A stretch of 64,000 nucleotides of DNA from Candidatus Omnitrophota bacterium (GTDB lineage Bacteria > Omnitrophota > Gorgyraeia > Gygaellales > Profunditerraquicolaceae). Every line of letters begins with the position of its first letter. The first letter of the stretch is position 1. Of this stretch, positions 17,400-27,684 are shown one piece after another. The notes beneath the pieces were generated by a model. The model did not search any database. It was not told the DNA's origin and saw only the letters and a program-made list of their open reading frames with translations. Both the position numbers and the translations under genes were made by a program. Location of the stretch: NCBI GenBank assembly GCA_023227985.1, contig JALOCB010000003.1, forward strand, positions 5,260 to 69,259. The letters are read 5' to 3'.

Positions 17400-18701
17400 A
17401 TGTTAAGGCGCATCAGGACAATTAAAAAAAAGGTTAAAATCATATTCTGCGCGGCAGCCGCGGTTTGTGCGGTTGTGTGTTTTTTACCGGTAACCTGCCA
17501 GGCGGGTATGGCGGGTAGTGAACAGATAAGCGCGCTAAGCTTAAAAGGCATCCAATGGGAGAGCCTGCCGGGCGGGGGGACGCGCTTAAAGATCTTTGCT
17601 GACGGCTTAAAGGCCGGAAGGTTTGAGCCATTGATCGATCCGGAAGAGTCCGGGCGCAGGTTAATGGATTTTTTTATCCTGGGTTTGAATGTCCGGGAAG
17701 ACAAATTCTGGGCCAATCTTACTCCCGGCGATCCGGATAATATCATTGACCCGGATTTGGCCGGGACGCCCTTAGGCGAGGTTATGCTCAGGGCGGACCT
17801 GAGATTGAAAAAAGATTTCTGTGAATTGACCAACCCGCAGTTTTCCCAGCCCGGCAAAAAATACTGGGCAGCCTTATCGGAAAAAGCGGCGGAACTGGGC
17901 ATTAAGAAAATACCCGCGATGAACCGCGTGTGGATAGTCCCGGAAGAGGCTGCGGTTTATGAGGCCGGAAACGGGGCTTATATAACCGAAAGCCGGCTTA
18001 AGGTCTGCCTGAAAATAAATTATTCAGCCGGTCTTCTTAAGGACGGCGGCGGTAAGGCGTACGGCGAACTTTCGGAGTATGCCGGAGAATTGGTAAGGGA
18101 TATTATTTTGCCTGAATTGGATAAAAGGGTTAATGAGGATTTCCTCTATGCTGACCTGAGGCAGGTAAATAGGGCATTGATACTGGCCAGATGGTATAAT
18201 AACAAATTCGGCGATGGCGGGGGATTTAATTTAAAAAATACCCTGACAGCATCGAGCCGGCCTGAGATAAACGCGGGCTTGCTAAAGAAACAGATATATG
18301 ATGATTACATGGATTCTTTGAGCAATGGCGAATATGTGGTCGTCGGGCCGTCAGGCTGGTCCAGCGCATTGGATTATTTAAGGCCTAAGAAACGTTATAT
18401 CAGCGGAGGTGTTGATTTGCGCAAAAGTCCGGCAAGGCGCAGCCCGGCGCCTGCGGCAGCCTGGCAAGGCCGGGATCCGCAGTTTACATTTTTAGTGGAA
18501 ATATCCGCGCAGGCAGTTATGTCCGCGGGAGATAAAAATAATGCGATAAATGATTTTTCCGTCATAGGAAATATCGGGGATAATAATGTAGAAGGGCTAA
18601 TCCGGGATTTGCCGGGAATATCGCCTTCGCGTAATAACCGGGATGCGGAAACCGATATAAATAAAGGCGTTATAAGCGATATGGTATTATATAGTTTATA
18701 A
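17400..18701 (+). CDS. Hypothetical secreted/membrane-anchored protein (433 aa)
   Basis: Long ORF with coding-like composition. N-terminal hydrophobic segment IIFCAAAAVCAVVCFLPVTCQAG. No recognisable catalytic motif. Confidence 0.5.
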   Translation: MLRRIRTIKKKVKIIFCAAAAVCAVVCFLPVTCQAGMAGSEQISALSLKGIQWESLPGGGTRLKIFADGLKAGRFEPLIDPEESGRRLMDFFILGLNVREDKFWANLTPGDPDNIIDPDLAGTPLGEVMLRADLRLKKDFCELTNPQFSQPGKKYWAALSEKAAELGIKKIPAMNRVWIVPEEAAVYEAGNGAYITESRLKVCLKINYSAGLLKDGGGKAYGELSEYAGELVRDIILPELDKRVNEDFLYADLRQVNRALILARWYNNKFGDGGGFNLKNTLTASSRPEINAGLLKKQIYDDYMDSLSNGEYVVVGPSGWSSALDYLRPKKRYISGGVDLRKSPARRSPAPAAAWQGRDPQFTFLVEISAQAVMSAGDKNNAINDFSVIGNIGDNNVEGLIRDLPGISPSRNNRDAETDINKGVISDMVLYSL

Positions 18702-18704
18702 AAT

Positions 18705-18738
18705 ATCTTTACAGCAGCGCGGTTTTTGTTATAATAAA
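18705..18738 (+). promoter_or_regulatory. Candidate sigma70 promoter (TTTACA - 16 nt spacer - TATAAT) upstream of the PilZ gene
   Basis: tttacagcagcgcggtttttgttataat, in an AT-rich intergenic region. Confidence 0.3.
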
Positions 18739-18826
18739 AGCGAACGATAATAAGCCACGGCTATATCTTTTTATCTTTAAAAAAGGTTTTAAAAGTGAGA
18801 AGATATGGCCTTGTTTTTTACTATAA

Positions 18827-19549
18827 ATGGACATAAAAGAACGCAGGCAGGCAATAAGGTGGCAAATAAACAGCCCCGGGCAAATTGTTCTGGAGGACTG
18901 CCGGGCGTTAGTTAATTGCACTATACTTGATATAAGTTACCGGGGGGTCCAGGTATTGCTGGATAAACCTCTGGAGAATACCAAGTTATTCAAGATCAGC
19001 GTCGTACTTTCCGAGGAGTGCTACCTGGACAGCATCGACCTGCGCAGCGTCTGGCACAGGAAGGTTCCGGAAGGCGAGCTTTACGGCTTGTATTTTAACC
19101 GCATAAAAGACATAGATAAAGAGAAGATCTACAAATTTGTCTTTAAGCACGCACCAAGGCAAATACATCAACAGTGGTGGCAGGAATCTGACAAGGGGGG
19201 GGGTGAATCAATGGAAGATATGGGGACCAACGACAAGAGAGTCTTTGCGCGGTTTCCGGTGCAGATGGCTTTGAAATTCATTGATCTATTATCCAACAGG
19301 GAAGGCCAGGCGCATGCTTATGATATCAGCGCCAAGGGTTTGGGATTTATGGCGACCGAGGAATTAAAACCGCTTACACCGTTGGAGATGTGGCTACAGG
19401 TCCCGGATAAAGGGGAGCCGCTTTATACCAGAGGTGAAGTAGTCTGGTCAGAGATGGTCGAACCTAATAAATACAAGGCCGGGATCAATCTGGAAAGAGC
19501 GGACCTGATGGGTGTTTCCCGGGTTTTAAGGACCCTCAATACGATATAG
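18827..19549 (+). CDS. Tandem PilZ-domain protein (c-di-GMP receptor)
   Basis: Two copies of the PilZ signature. First: RRQAIRW ... DISYRGVQV. Second: KRVFARFPV ... DISAKGLGF (RxxxR ... D-x-S-x-x-G). Confidence 0.7.
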   Translation: MDIKERRQAIRWQINSPGQIVLEDCRALVNCTILDISYRGVQVLLDKPLENTKLFKISVVLSEECYLDSIDLRSVWHRKVPEGELYGLYFNRIKDIDKEKIYKFVFKHAPRQIHQQWWQESDKGGGESMEDMGTNDKRVFARFPVQMALKFIDLLSNREGQAHAYDISAKGLGFMATEELKPLTPLEMWLQVPDKGEPLYTRGEVVWSEMVEPNKYKAGINLERADLMGVSRVLRTLNTI

Positions 19550-19679
19550 TCTTGAGCTCAAGATCCCCACAGTAATAAAAGCCTTGACCAGGCAATTAAC
19601 CTGTGTTAAATTCGAATATTGTCTTCATTAGCCATTTCTGTAATATTCTGTTATCTCGTTCATATTTAGGAGGGGAATA

Positions 19680-20996
19680 ATGTTCAGAAACAGGGTCAGC
19701 TTCAAATCGTGGTCGGTTTTTTTAATGATTATCTTGGGTTTTTCCTGCCTTAGCGGATGCGCGGGCGAGAGCGGACAATCCGGTAAGTCTTTATTGATCT
19801 GGCATTGGATGACCGACAGGCAGCAGGCCTTTGACGAGTTGGCCAAAAGATACGAGGCTGCTTACGGAGTGAAAGTTAATTTTGATCTCTATGCGCCTTC
19901 GGACGCGTATTCCCAGAAAGTTCGGGCAGCTGCCCAAGGGGTTAATCTCCCTGATGTGTTCGGTATTTTAGCCGAAAAACGCGACTTTGCCGCGTTTGTC
20001 GAGGCCGGCCATATCCTTGACCTCACCTATTATATGGACGAGAACGCCGGCCAATGGCGCAATGTCTTCTTTGCCAAAGCCCTTCAGATAAATGAATTCC
20101 CCGCAGGCAACATTTATAAAGTAGCTCCGGGTATTTACGGCGTTCCCATAGATACTATGACCATACAGCTGGTTTATAACAAAGATCTGTTCAGGAAGAT
20201 GGGGCTTGATCCGGCAAAACCGCCGGTCACCTTCAGTGAATTCATCGGGATAGCCAAGAAAATAAAAGAAAATAACCTGCAGGGCCTGGTTTCAGGATGG
20301 GGTGAATACTGGCTGATTGATTGTTTCGCCAATAATTACGCCTTCAACCTTATGGGCCAGGACAAGGTCCTGGCTACCATAAAGGGGCAGGTCCCTTATA
20401 CCGATCCCGACTGGATTAAGGTTTTGGCCTTGTTCAAAGACATGCGCGATTCCGGCCTGTTGTATAGCGGAGCGATCGCTATGGTCAATAAGGACGCTGA
20501 GCAGGCTTTTGCCAATGAAAAAGCGGTTTTTGCTTTTAACGGCTCTTGGTGCGTGAATGTCTATAAGGAAATGAATCCTAAATTGAATTACGGGGTAATG
20601 CTTCCGCCTAAAATATCTGATAAATACCCGGTGAGCATCTGGGGAGGGGCAGGTTCTTCTTTTATGGTCAACGCCCGTTCGGCGAAAAAGGACGAGGCGG
20701 TAAAGTTCCTGAAATGGCTCACTGCCAAAGAACAGCAGGTTTATTTGTCGGAAGCGACTAATAATCTGCCGGCTAATAAAGAAAGCCTGAATACTATACC
20801 CAAGATCCTTTCCGCGTTCGCCAAGAACATAGATTACACCACCCATCCCAATATCTGGGGCGTGTCGGAGTTTCCTCTGGTGGTTGAGGCCCTGGATAAA
20901 GGGATACAGTCTATAATAATCGGGGAAAAGACCCCGGAACAAGTGGCCCAGGAAGTCCAAAGGACCAAGGAAAAAGAAATAGCGAAGAAGCGTTAA
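19680..20996 (+). CDS. ABC transporter substrate-binding lipoprotein (carbohydrate family)
   Basis: RBS aggagg upstream. Lipobox LSGCAG after a hydrophobic N-terminus. Size and composition are typical of a family-1 sugar substrate-binding protein, and it is followed by two permease genes. Confidence 0.75.
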   Translation: MFRNRVSFKSWSVFLMIILGFSCLSGCAGESGQSGKSLLIWHWMTDRQQAFDELAKRYEAAYGVKVNFDLYAPSDAYSQKVRAAAQGVNLPDVFGILAEKRDFAAFVEAGHILDLTYYMDENAGQWRNVFFAKALQINEFPAGNIYKVAPGIYGVPIDTMTIQLVYNKDLFRKMGLDPAKPPVTFSEFIGIAKKIKENNLQGLVSGWGEYWLIDCFANNYAFNLMGQDKVLATIKGQVPYTDPDWIKVLALFKDMRDSGLLYSGAIAMVNKDAEQAFANEKAVFAFNGSWCVNVYKEMNPKLNYGVMLPPKISDKYPVSIWGGAGSSFMVNARSAKKDEAVKFLKWLTAKEQQVYLSEATNNLPANKESLNTIPKILSAFAKNIDYTTHPNIWGVSEFPLVVEALDKGIQSIIIGEKTPEQVAQEVQRTKEKEIAKKR

Positions 20997-21006
20997 GGTT
21001 TAGCCA

Positions 21007-21921
21007 ATGAAAGTCAAAGCTACTTTAGAAAACTATCTTTTTGTCCTGCCGGCTGTGGCGATATTCAGCGTTTTCTATGTCATCCCGTTCATTTGGGTAT
21101 TTCAGCTGGGGATGTATGAATGGAACGGGATATCCGTAAGCAGGGTGTTCGTCGGCTTAAGCAATTTCAAGGAAATACTTTTTGGCGATCCCGTATGGTG
21201 GCAGGCAATGCGCCAGGTCGGCTACATAACCCTGTTTGCCCTTACCTTCCAGAATGCCCTGGCTTTTATGCTGGCAATGGCCTGCGACCGCGAGATAAGG
21301 CTTAAGAATTTTTACCGGGTCCTGTTTTTCATCCCGCCGGTATTATCCGAGGTAGTTGTCGGCCTGGTCTGGAAATACATAATCCTGAACAGCGACGGCC
21401 TGGTGAACCACGGCATCGCCACTGTCGGCCTGACTAATTTCTTTAATTCCTGGTTATCCCTGCCTAATCAACCTTTTACCGGCAATTGGACATCGCATAC
21501 CAATACCGCGTTGACCTGCGTGGCCATTGTGCATTCCTGGAAAGGTTTCGGCTGGGGGTTTTTGATCTTCCTGGCCGGTTTGCAGGGCATCCCGCGCGAG
21601 CTTTACGAGGCGGCCAAGGTGGACGGCGCCAATTCCTGGGATTGTTTCCGCAAGATAACCCTGCCTTTGATGGTCCCGGTGATCGTATTGGTGGCCATAC
21701 TGACTATCCTGGGCACTATGCAATCTTTTGTCCTGATAATTTCCCTTATCGGCGGCGAACTTGCCGGCCACACTACCGTGCCGGTTTTAAGAATACTGGC
21801 TTCAATGCGCGGATCTTCGCGGTTCGGTTATGCCTGCGCGCAGGGCATAAGTTTCGGGGTAATATTGGTAATGATATCTTTTATCCAGTATAAGTTCTCC
21901 CAAAAGTTCAAACAGGCTTAA
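21007..21921 (+). CDS. ABC transporter permease (MalF/UgpA-like)
   Basis: Six predicted TM segments. Permease EAA-like region ELYEAAKVDGANSWDCFRKITLP. Confidence 0.75.
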   Translation: MKVKATLENYLFVLPAVAIFSVFYVIPFIWVFQLGMYEWNGISVSRVFVGLSNFKEILFGDPVWWQAMRQVGYITLFALTFQNALAFMLAMACDREIRLKNFYRVLFFIPPVLSEVVVGLVWKYIILNSDGLVNHGIATVGLTNFFNSWLSLPNQPFTGNWTSHTNTALTCVAIVHSWKGFGWGFLIFLAGLQGIPRELYEAAKVDGANSWDCFRKITLPLMVPVIVLVAILTILGTMQSFVLIISLIGGELAGHTTVPVLRILASMRGSSRFGYACAQGISFGVILVMISFIQYKFSQKFKQA

Positions 21922-21925
21922 AAAA

Positions 21926-22774
21926 ATGAGATCGATCGCTTATTACAAAACAAAAAAGATATTCACCAACGTAATAATCCACATATTCCTTCTGTCGGTG
22001 GCCGTCTCCTGCGTATTCCCTTTGTTATGGATGGCGTCTTCGAGCCTTAAGACCCAGGAGACCATATTCAAGGATATGTCCATTGTCCCCAAGGAATTCC
22101 ATTTTGAGAACTACGTTGTTGCCTGGAAAGAAGGCGGGTTCGGAAGGTATTTCCTGAACAGCATATTTTATACCACTTCCGTGGTCGTCGGCATCATTAT
22201 CATTTCGTCCCTTGCCGCTTACGCCTTTTCCCGTTTCAGTTTTCCCGGGAAGAATTTTTTGTTTTACGTGTTTATGGCCGCGATGATGATCCCTATCCCG
22301 GGCAGCTTCGTGCCTTTATACGTCCTTTTGAATAAACTGCACCTGCGCAATACCGCGGTAGGTTATATATTGTGCATGATTAATGTTGGGCTATCCACCA
22401 GCATTTTTCTTTTAAAGACATTCTTCGACAAACTGCCGCATGAATTGGAAGACGCGGCCCGGATCGACGGATGCTCTAAATTCGGGATCTGGTGGCATGT
22501 GGCCCTGCCGTTGGCCAAACCGGTAATGGCCGTGGTTGTTGTTTTTAACGCGCTGAACGTCTGGAATGAATATGTCCTGGCGTTGATCATTTTTGACAGT
22601 AAAGGACTGATGCCTTTGCAGGTGGCTTTGACCACCTTCCAGGGGGAATTCATCACCCGCTATCCGCTGTTGATGGCCGGGCTTACAATAACGGCTTTGC
22701 CGATAATATTGGTCTATCTTTTAATGCAGAAATATATAGTCAAAGGCGTAACCCAGGGGGCTCTGGTAGGATGA
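21926..22774 (+). CDS. ABC transporter permease (MalG/UgpE-like)
   Basis: EAA motif LEDAARIDGCSKFGIWWHVALPLAKP. Multiple TM helices. Confidence 0.8.
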   Translation: MRSIAYYKTKKIFTNVIIHIFLLSVAVSCVFPLLWMASSSLKTQETIFKDMSIVPKEFHFENYVVAWKEGGFGRYFLNSIFYTTSVVVGIIIISSLAAYAFSRFSFPGKNFLFYVFMAAMMIPIPGSFVPLYVLLNKLHLRNTAVGYILCMINVGLSTSIFLLKTFFDKLPHELEDAARIDGCSKFGIWWHVALPLAKPVMAVVVVFNALNVWNEYVLALIIFDSKGLMPLQVALTTFQGEFITRYPLLMAGLTITALPIILVYLLMQKYIVKGVTQGALVG

Positions 22775-25086
22775 CCTTAAGATTAAACAACCTGATTTGC
22801 TTGTCCGTTTGTGTTTTATCAGCGGTTTTTTATCCCGGCGCGGGCTTTGCTCAGAATAACCCTGAAGCTGCGGATGCCCGGATGTCTTCTGCGGATTTGA
22901 TCAATAAATCCTGGGAGTCGCACGGCGCCAGGGATATAGAGGCTACATTCAAATATACGCAGGAATGCATTGATTATTATAAAGAAGACGCGGATAAACA
23001 ACAAGCGGCCTTGAGAGCTTTACCTAAGGGCAAGGATGAGATAGATAATGTCCAGGCCTTGAATGACGTGGCTACCGCGTATTTTATCCAGGCCGAATCT
23101 TATATGCGCCAGGAAAAACCGGATGAGGCCAAAAAGATATTTCAGTTGATCATCGATAAATATTATTACGCCCAGGCCTGGGATCAGCGCGGCTGGTATT
23201 GGCAGATATCCGAGGCGTCCAAGCAGAGCATCCAGAAGATGGAAAAGGGGACTATAGAACTTGAAAAGAAAGTAAAGGTCAGCCAGCTTCCCACCAAAAT
23301 AGACTTGTATGACCCGGGCAAAGAGGATTTCGTCAATTACGAGGAATACGGGGAGTTCGTCAATCTCGGCAAAGAAGATTATAAATACGTTATCACCGAC
23401 CAGGAAGGCTTAAGCCTGGCTGTAGGGGAAGGGATCTTTCCCAATACCTCTTCCGTCAGATGGGACCCGAAGTTCAAGAAAGCGCTCAAAGATAAGAGGC
23501 TGTACGGTAATCATTGGGATTTCGTGCATTCCCCCGATCTTGAGGCGGCGTTTTTTAAATGGGCTACCGGCTCTGAGCCTGCCGGTGTAAGGCTTTTTTA
23601 TACCGGGCTTATACTGGAAAAATCCGGCTTGATCAAGCACGCGCTAAAATGCTATTATGCCATATTGGTGCATTACCCCGGGAGTTACGGGTGGACGTAT
23701 TTCAAGACCCCCTGGTATATAGGATACGCGGCGATATCCAAGATAAATTTCCTGCTGAGCAAAAACCCGCAGTTAGGCTATAAGCTGGTTGACGCGGATA
23801 TAAAGATCAAGAACGGATTTGATAATAATGTGGCAAACGATATTGTGAGCGCAAACCCGGGGAGGTTCGTTAAGGTCACCCTGATGGATAAATTCAAGCC
23901 TAAACAATCCAAGGAGCTGTTAAGCATAAGGCGGCGCCTGGGTAAAGGCAAGGTCCATCTGCTCCAGTATGAGACAGGCGATTGGGAATTAATAGTCGAC
24001 GGAAAACCGTATGTGATCAAGGGCATAACTTATGCCCCTACCAAGGTCGGCCAATCCCCCGATGACGGGACATTAGGCAATTGGATGGAAGAGGATTTTA
24101 ACAACAACGGAAAAATCGACGGGCCGTACGATTCTTTCGTGGATAAGAACAGGAATAACCTCCAGGACGGCGATGAGCCGGTTGTCGGGGATTTTCATCT
24201 GTTAAAGGATATGGGGGTAAATACCATACGGCTTTATCACCATCCCAGCCCGGTGAATAAAGAGCTGCTGCGGGACCTGTATAATAAATACGGCATCAGG
24301 GTTATCCTGGGCGATTTTTTGGGTAAATATACCATAGGTTCAGGCGCGAAATGGAATCCGGGCACGGACTATAATAATGAAGAGCACCGCAAGAATATGA
24401 TGGACTCGGTGCTGGGCATGGTCAGGGAATTCAAGGATGAGCCTTTTGTATTGTTCTGGCTTTTGGGTAATGAGAATGTGTACGGTTACGCCTGCAACGC
24501 CGATAAGGACCCGGATGCGTTCTTTAAATTTGCCAACGACGTAGCCCGCCAGATCAAGGCTATTGACCCCGAGCATCCCGTGGCTATCTGCAGCGGGGAC
24601 GTGTTATACCTTGATAAATTCGGCCAGCACGCTCCGGATATCGACATCTTCGGGGCTAATGCCTATCGCGGAGAATATGGTTTCGGGTTTTTCTGGCGGC
24701 AGGTTAAGCAGGAAGCGGATAAAGCAGCTTTTATCACCGAATTCGGCTGTTCCGCGTATTCCGAAGGAAAAAATGAGGAAGAGTCCGAATTGCTGCAGGC
24801 GGAATATCATAACGGCAACTGGGATGACATTAAAAATAATATGGCTTTTTCCGAGGGCGCGGGAAACGCTTTGGGCGCTGTTGTCTTTGAATGGATGGAT
24901 GAATGGTGGAAGGGCTATGAACCGGCCATACATGACACTAAAGGGCTGTGGATGGGGCCTTTCCCGGATGGCTATATGCATGAGGAATGGCTGGGGATGA
25001 CCGGTCAGGGCGACGGCAAACTTAGCCCGTTCCTGCGTCAGCTGCGCAAGGCTTATTTCATGTATAAAAAGGAATGGAAAGAATGA
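22771..25086 (+). CDS. Secreted clan GH-A type glycoside hydrolase (771 aa), putative
   Basis: Signal peptide CLSVCVLSAVFYPGAGFA. TIM-barrel hydrolase motifs LLGNENVYG (acid/base NE) and FITEFGCSAY (nucleophile E). Paralogous to the gene at 26332..27684. Confidence 0.55.
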   Translation: MTLRLNNLICLSVCVLSAVFYPGAGFAQNNPEAADARMSSADLINKSWESHGARDIEATFKYTQECIDYYKEDADKQQAALRALPKGKDEIDNVQALNDVATAYFIQAESYMRQEKPDEAKKIFQLIIDKYYYAQAWDQRGWYWQISEASKQSIQKMEKGTIELEKKVKVSQLPTKIDLYDPGKEDFVNYEEYGEFVNLGKEDYKYVITDQEGLSLAVGEGIFPNTSSVRWDPKFKKALKDKRLYGNHWDFVHSPDLEAAFFKWATGSEPAGVRLFYTGLILEKSGLIKHALKCYYAILVHYPGSYGWTYFKTPWYIGYAAISKINFLLSKNPQLGYKLVDADIKIKNGFDNNVANDIVSANPGRFVKVTLMDKFKPKQSKELLSIRRRLGKGKVHLLQYETGDWELIVDGKPYVIKGITYAPTKVGQSPDDGTLGNWMEEDFNNNGKIDGPYDSFVDKNRNNLQDGDEPVVGDFHLLKDMGVNTIRLYHHPSPVNKELLRDLYNKYGIRVILGDFLGKYTIGSGAKWNPGTDYNNEEHRKNMMDSVLGMVREFKDEPFVLFWLLGNENVYGYACNADKDPDAFFKFANDVARQIKAIDPEHPVAICSGDVLYLDKFGQHAPDIDIFGANAYRGEYGFGFFWRQVKQEADKAAFITEFGCSAYSEGKNEEESELLQAEYHNGNWDDIKNNMAFSEGAGNALGAVVFEWMDEWWKGYEPAIHDTKGLWMGPFPDGYMHEEWLGMTGQGDGKLSPFLRQLRKAYFMYKKEWKE

Positions 25087-25217
25087 TGGTCTCGCGCTGA
25101 GACCTTTAGATATATGGGAGAAGAAAGGGGGTGTTTCAGGCAAATACGCTAACCTGCTTTCCGGCAAGACTTAAAAATAAGCGGAACAAAATATAATATA
25201 ACAAAGGAGGAGTAAAG

Positions 25218-26372
25218 ATGAAAAGAATTGTCATGATGGCGCTGGCTTTAGCGTTTATCCTTCCTATGGCGTACGCCCAGGAGAAGGACACCGCAGCCGC
25301 AGAGGTAAAGGAGTTTTGGGTGTATAAGGACAGGGGAGCCAGGGATAATCATTATGTCCCTTCGGGCTGGATGGGCGATTACGGCGACGTGAAACTGAAC
25401 GACCAGTCGACCGATAATCCTTATTCCGGGACTACCTGCCTGCAGTTTGTTTATACCGCCAAGAAATCCCAGGCGCAAGGCTGGGCAGGCGTGTATTGGC
25501 AGAATCCCCCGAATAACTGGGGCAGCAAAAAGGGCGGATTTGATCTTACCGGAATGACCAAGCTGACTTTCTGGGCCCGCGGGGCAAAAGGCGGGGAAAT
25601 ACTGCAAAAGTTCGTCATTGGGGGGCTTAAAGGCACTTATGCCGACTCAACGACTATTGAATTCGGACCGGTGGAACTTACCGATACCTGGAAACAGTAT
25701 ACCATTAACCTGGTAGGCAAGGACTTGACTTATATCAGCGGCGGGTTCGGATGGGTGACTACCGCGGACCTGAATCCCGAAGGAGCAACGATATACATTG
25801 ATGATATCAAATATGAAGTTGACACCATGATGAAGGCTGAAAGCAAAAAACAGGAAGCTATGCCTTTCTACATCTATGCGGATCGCTCTTCGGTAAACAA
25901 CCATTTTGTCCCTTCGGGCTGGATGGGCGATTACGGCGACATAAAATATGACGGCGCCAACAAAGAAGACGCGTATCTGGGCGACACCTGCGTTAAGATA
26001 ACCTACAGCGGCAAAGTCTCTCAGGGGGCGCGTTGGGCTGGTATGTACTGGCAGAATCCCGCTAACAACTGGGGGACCATAGACAAAGGTTTCGATCTTT
26101 CCAAGGCGACTAAAATCACCTTCTGGGCCCGCGGGGCAAAAGGCGGGGAGAGGATCGAAGAATTCAAGGTCGGCGGTATCATGGGAGAGTTCTCGGATTC
26201 CGACGCTGCCGGTATCGGCCCGGTCATCCTGAATAAGGAATGGGCCCAGTACAGCATTGATCTGAAAGGGAAAGACCTGTCATTCATCATCGGCGGATTC
26301 TGTTGGGCGACGAACATCGACGTGAATCCCGATGGAGCTATTTTCTATCTGGATGAGATCAAGTACGAATAA
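25218..26372 (+). CDS. Secreted protein with two tandem ~190-aa repeat modules (possible carbohydrate-binding modules)
   Basis: Signal peptide MKRIVMMALALAFILPMAYA. Internal duplication: HYVPSGWMGDYGDVK...GWAGVYWQNPPNNWG...TFWARGAKGGE is repeated as HFVPSGWMGDYGDIK...RWAGMYWQNPANNWG...TFWARGAKGGE. Confidence 0.5.
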   Translation: MKRIVMMALALAFILPMAYAQEKDTAAAEVKEFWVYKDRGARDNHYVPSGWMGDYGDVKLNDQSTDNPYSGTTCLQFVYTAKKSQAQGWAGVYWQNPPNNWGSKKGGFDLTGMTKLTFWARGAKGGEILQKFVIGGLKGTYADSTTIEFGPVELTDTWKQYTINLVGKDLTYISGGFGWVTTADLNPEGATIYIDDIKYEVDTMMKAESKKQEAMPFYIYADRSSVNNHFVPSGWMGDYGDIKYDGANKEDAYLGDTCVKITYSGKVSQGARWAGMYWQNPANNWGTIDKGFDLSKATKITFWARGAKGGERIEEFKVGGIMGEFSDSDAAGIGPVILNKEWAQYSIDLKGKDLSFIIGGFCWATNIDVNPDGAIFYLDEIKYE

Positions 26373-27684
26373 GCAGGAAGATAGTAACGTAAAAGGCATC
26401 AGCCACAAGCAGCAGGCTCAAAACCGCCGTTTATATCTGGCGGTGGTCGCAGGCCTGTTGCTTGTGGTTTTATTTTTCGGGTATATACTGATCGCCGTAA
26501 ATAAGCCCCGGCCCAGGGTGTACATAAAAAAATACCGTAACGGCAGTTACCGGATGTTCGCCTCCGGAAAGCCTTATGTGGTCAAAGGCGTTTGTTATAA
26601 CCCTATACCTGTCGGGTTGAGCCATGATTATGACTGGTGGTCTGATCCCTATAAGCCCTGGATGGTTGACGGCAAGCTGATGAAAGAAATGGGAATAAAT
26701 ACCATCCGGATCTACCAGACAGGGGAAAAACCCGAAAATGTCAAGCAGGTCATCCGCGAACTTTACGATAACTTCGGGATCCGCACGATCGTGGGGCATT
26801 GGCTGGGATTCTGGGAATATCCCTGTCCTTTGTACGGGGATGAGGAATTCCAGTCCCGGATCGGTAAAGAGGTTCTGGATATGGTCAATGAGTATAAAGA
26901 TGAACCCGGGGTGCTCTGCTGGATCCTGGGCAATGAGAACAATTATTCCTGCCTGGGCAGCGTAAATCCCTGGTCCAGCGACGATATAGACAAAGAGCCG
27001 GATCTTCAGAAACGCAGAGTTTTGCGCAACCGTATTTATTATTCTTTTGTTAATGATCTGGCTAAAAAGATACACGCGATCGATCCCGAACATCCGGTAG
27101 GCCTGGGTAACGGCGAATTGATCGGATTGGATTCGGCCCAGGAGTACGCATCCGAAGTGGATATGGTCGCCTGCATCATTTATCGGGGCAAGACGTTCGG
27201 CAATCTTTTTAAATCGTTGAAAGCGACTTTTGACAAGCCTATACTTTTGTCCGAGTTCGGCGCGGATGCCTATGACGCGTACTTGAAGAAAGAGGACCAG
27301 AATATGCAGGCTTTCTTCCTGGAATCGCTGTGGCGGCAGATCTATGAGAACCTTGCCGATAATAAGAAAGGCGCTGGGAATTGCCTGGGCGGGGTGATGT
27401 TCGAGTGGACCGATGAGTGGTGGAAACATAATTCGGTGGATCCGGAAAGCTGGAAGGTCCATGATACCGAATCCAACTGGTCCAACGGGAGTTATTATTT
27501 TGATATAAAGGCCCCCAAGAACATGAATATGAACGAGGAATGGTTCGGGATAATCGCTTTATCCGCCGACCAGAAGGATTTCGGCCTGGATATGCGTGTT
27601 CCCCGCAAGGCCTATTACGTGATCAGGGATTTCTGGAATAATCCCAAGGTTAAAGCCAGGAAGCAGAGGGGGAAATCAAAATGA
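26332..27684 (+). CDS. Membrane-anchored clan GH-A type glycoside hydrolase paralog (450 aa); true start probably downstream of 26372
   Basis: TM anchor LAVVAGLLLVVLFFGYILIAV. Motifs ILGNENNYS and LLSEFGADAY. Alignable with the 771-aa hydrolase (GINTIRIY, KDEPGVL). The listed start overlaps the previous gene by 41 nt. Confidence 0.55.
   Translation: MELFSIWMRSSTNKQEDSNVKGISHKQQAQNRRLYLAVVAGLLLVVLFFGYILIAVNKPRPRVYIKKYRNGSYRMFASGKPYVVKGVCYNPIPVGLSHDYDWWSDPYKPWMVDGKLMKEMGINTIRIYQTGEKPENVKQVIRELYDNFGIRTIVGHWLGFWEYPCPLYGDEEFQSRIGKEVLDMVNEYKDEPGVLCWILGNENNYSCLGSVNPWSSDDIDKEPDLQKRRVLRNRIYYSFVNDLAKKIHAIDPEHPVGLGNGELIGLDSAQEYASEVDMVACIIYRGKTFGNLFKSLKATFDKPILLSEFGADAYDAYLKKEDQNMQAFFLESLWRQIYENLADNKKGAGNCLGGVMFEWTDEWWKHNSVDPESWKVHDTESNWSNGSYYFDIKAPKNMNMNEEWFGIIALSADQKDFGLDMRVPRKAYYVIRDFWNNPKVKARKQRGKSK

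Noticed and set aside
26470-27462. 330-aa minus-strand ORF opposite the second glycoside hydrolase. Similar long antisense ORFs occur at 46572..47381 (opposite nrdJ), 51298..51975 and 20292..20960.
   Set aside because: They are antisense to confidently identified genes (GH motifs, class II RNR motifs, SBP). They show no RBS and no recognisable domains.
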